Positions 13,737 to 14,641 of a stretch of 14,641 bases of DNA are shown here, one piece after another. The translations under genes and the position numbers were made by a program. Where the stretch lies: assembly GCA_964647565.1 (NCBI GenBank), contig CAZYIM010000051.1, forward strand, positions 1 to 14,641, given 5' to 3'. The first letter of the stretch is position 1, and each line of letters begins with the position of its first letter. Source of the DNA: an uncultured Methanosarcinales archaeon (GTDB lineage Archaea > Nanobdellota > Nanobdellia > Woesearchaeales > CAZYIM01). The notes beneath the pieces were generated by a model that worked only from the letters and a program-made list of their open reading frames with translations, did not search any database and had not been told where the DNA came from.

Positions 13737-14438
13737 AAAAAAACAATGATATTTATTCTAATATTAGCCACAATAGTAATATTGACTGCTTGTTATGAAG
13801 GAGAACCAACCAAATCCTCTGATTGTAGCAGGGAAAATGACGCACACCAGGCCGAATGTTGTGCTAAGTTCACGACTTGTGAAGTAGACAGCTATCCAAG
13901 ATTCATAACAGAATCTGCTGATTGTGACTGTATACCTGCAGAAAACCTAGACAATCCTTGTCTACAAAAACCATTGAAGGAAAGAAACGAGTGTTGTGGA
14001 GGCCAAAGGGAATGCCCAGAAGGATCATCCCCTCAGTTCCAGTTAGCAACTGGCAGGTGCATATGTCAAGCTGGCGACCTAACAGAGAATTGTACAATGT
14101 ACAAACCTGAAGAACGGGAAGACTGTTGTATAAGAAATAGGGAGTGCCTTGAAGGCTCTGTACCGAAATACAAAGACGGTATTGATGCGTGCAGATGCGA
14201 TATCCTCGATGATGAAGACGACGCAACAGACGGTGAAGGAGATGACCTGACAGCTGATACACTACCTCCTGCAGAAGGCACAGATAATGATAATACTGAT
14301 TTGGTCGGCGAATCATGTGGCACGGTAACACCAGGATATGAAGACGAGTGCTGTACAAGCAAAATCAGCTGCACAGAACCAGATGTGCCAAAATATGATG
14401 TAGATGCCAATGACTGTATTTGTGCAACAACAGAATGA
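13734..14438 (+). CDS. Lipoprotein with four 6-Cys repeats and an acidic linker
   Basis: GGAGG SD; signal peptide with lipobox (MKKTMIFILILATIVILTA-C); four units of C-x10-CC-x5-C-x14-C-x-C. Confidence 0.88.
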   Translation: MKKTMIFILILATIVILTACYEGEPTKSSDCSRENDAHQAECCAKFTTCEVDSYPRFITESADCDCIPAENLDNPCLQKPLKERNECCGGQRECPEGSSPQFQLATGRCICQAGDLTENCTMYKPEEREDCCIRNRECLEGSVPKYKDGIDACRCDILDDEDDATDGEGDDLTADTLPPAEGTDNDNTDLVGESCGTVTPGYEDECCTSKISCTEPDVPKYDVDANDCICATTE

Positions 14439-14581
14439 AATGCCCAAGATGCGAAGCAGAAAAAATAAATCTCTTTAATAGTTCGTATTGGTGTGCACTC
14501 TGCGGCTGGAACAGTTATTACTATGGTGCGCCTGCTCCAGAAGTAGAAGGAGTTCATCTGCTCGAGAAACCAGATAACTAA
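14435..14581 (+). CDS. Small zinc-ribbon protein (48 aa), absent from the ORF track
   Basis: MKCPRCEAEKINLFNSSYWCALCGWNSYYYGAPAPEVEGVHLLEKPDN*; CPxC-x13-CxxCG; ATGA overlap with the lipoprotein stop; T-tract downstream. Confidence 0.75.
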   Translation: MKCPRCEAEKINLFNSSYWCALCGWNSYYYGAPAPEVEGVHLLEKPDN

Positions 14582-14592
14582 TTATTATTTAA

Positions 14593-14607
14593 TTCTTTTT
14601 TTTATTA
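14593..14607 (+). terminator. Oligo-T terminator
   Basis: TTCTTTTTTTTATT just after the zinc-ribbon ORF stop. Confidence 0.5.
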
Positions 14608-14627
14608 TATATAGATAGAAGAATAAA

Positions 14628-14641
14628 CGCCCAGGGTGGGA
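14628..14641 (-). tRNA. Probable 3' end of a tRNA truncated by the window edge (G73; Ser- or Asp-like)
   Basis: Minus strand T-CCCAC-CCTGGGC-G fits T-loop end, T-stem 3' strand, acceptor 3' strand and discriminator; GC-rich against an AT-rich spacer. Only 14 nt are visible. Confidence 0.55.

Noticed and set aside
13903..14557. Minus-strand ORFs of 151 and 163 aa
   Set aside because: Antisense shadows of the lipoprotein and zinc-ribbon genes, which have clear motifs.
1..14641. CRISPR array, rRNA or IS transposase
   Set aside because: No regularly spaced repeats, rRNA-like segment or transposase motifs seen.

Overview
Archaeal chromosomal window, most consistent with a DPANN lineage such as Woesearchaeota/Pacearchaeota (inferred from TATA-type promoters, a PIP-box RNase HII, BHB tRNA introns and an archaeal initiator tRNA). 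In order: a 5'-truncated repeat/Cys-rich surface-type protein, rnhB, a lone TldD-family protease, an Lrp/AsnC regulator, a divergent AT-rich block (tandem Lrp + signal-less SBP-fold protein versus histidine phosphatase + tandem-duplicated PEP-utilizer His-swivel protein), dusB, and a hypothetical gene split by a +1 frame break at a prfB-like shifty-stop motif. Next comes a free-standing LAGLIDADG endonuclease sandwiched between an initiator tRNA-Met gene with two non-canonical BHB introns (15/16 and 53/54) and a diverged, intron-less copy of that tRNA's 3' end. The window ends with a Cys-repeat lipoprotein, an unannotated 48-aa zinc-ribbon ORF and the probable 3' end of another tRNA. The best candidates for undescribed biology are the tRNA/LAGLIDADG cassette, the possible programmed +1 frameshift and the PEP-utilizer/phosphatase/SBP/Lrp module. 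All calls are by eye; no searches or folding programs were run.
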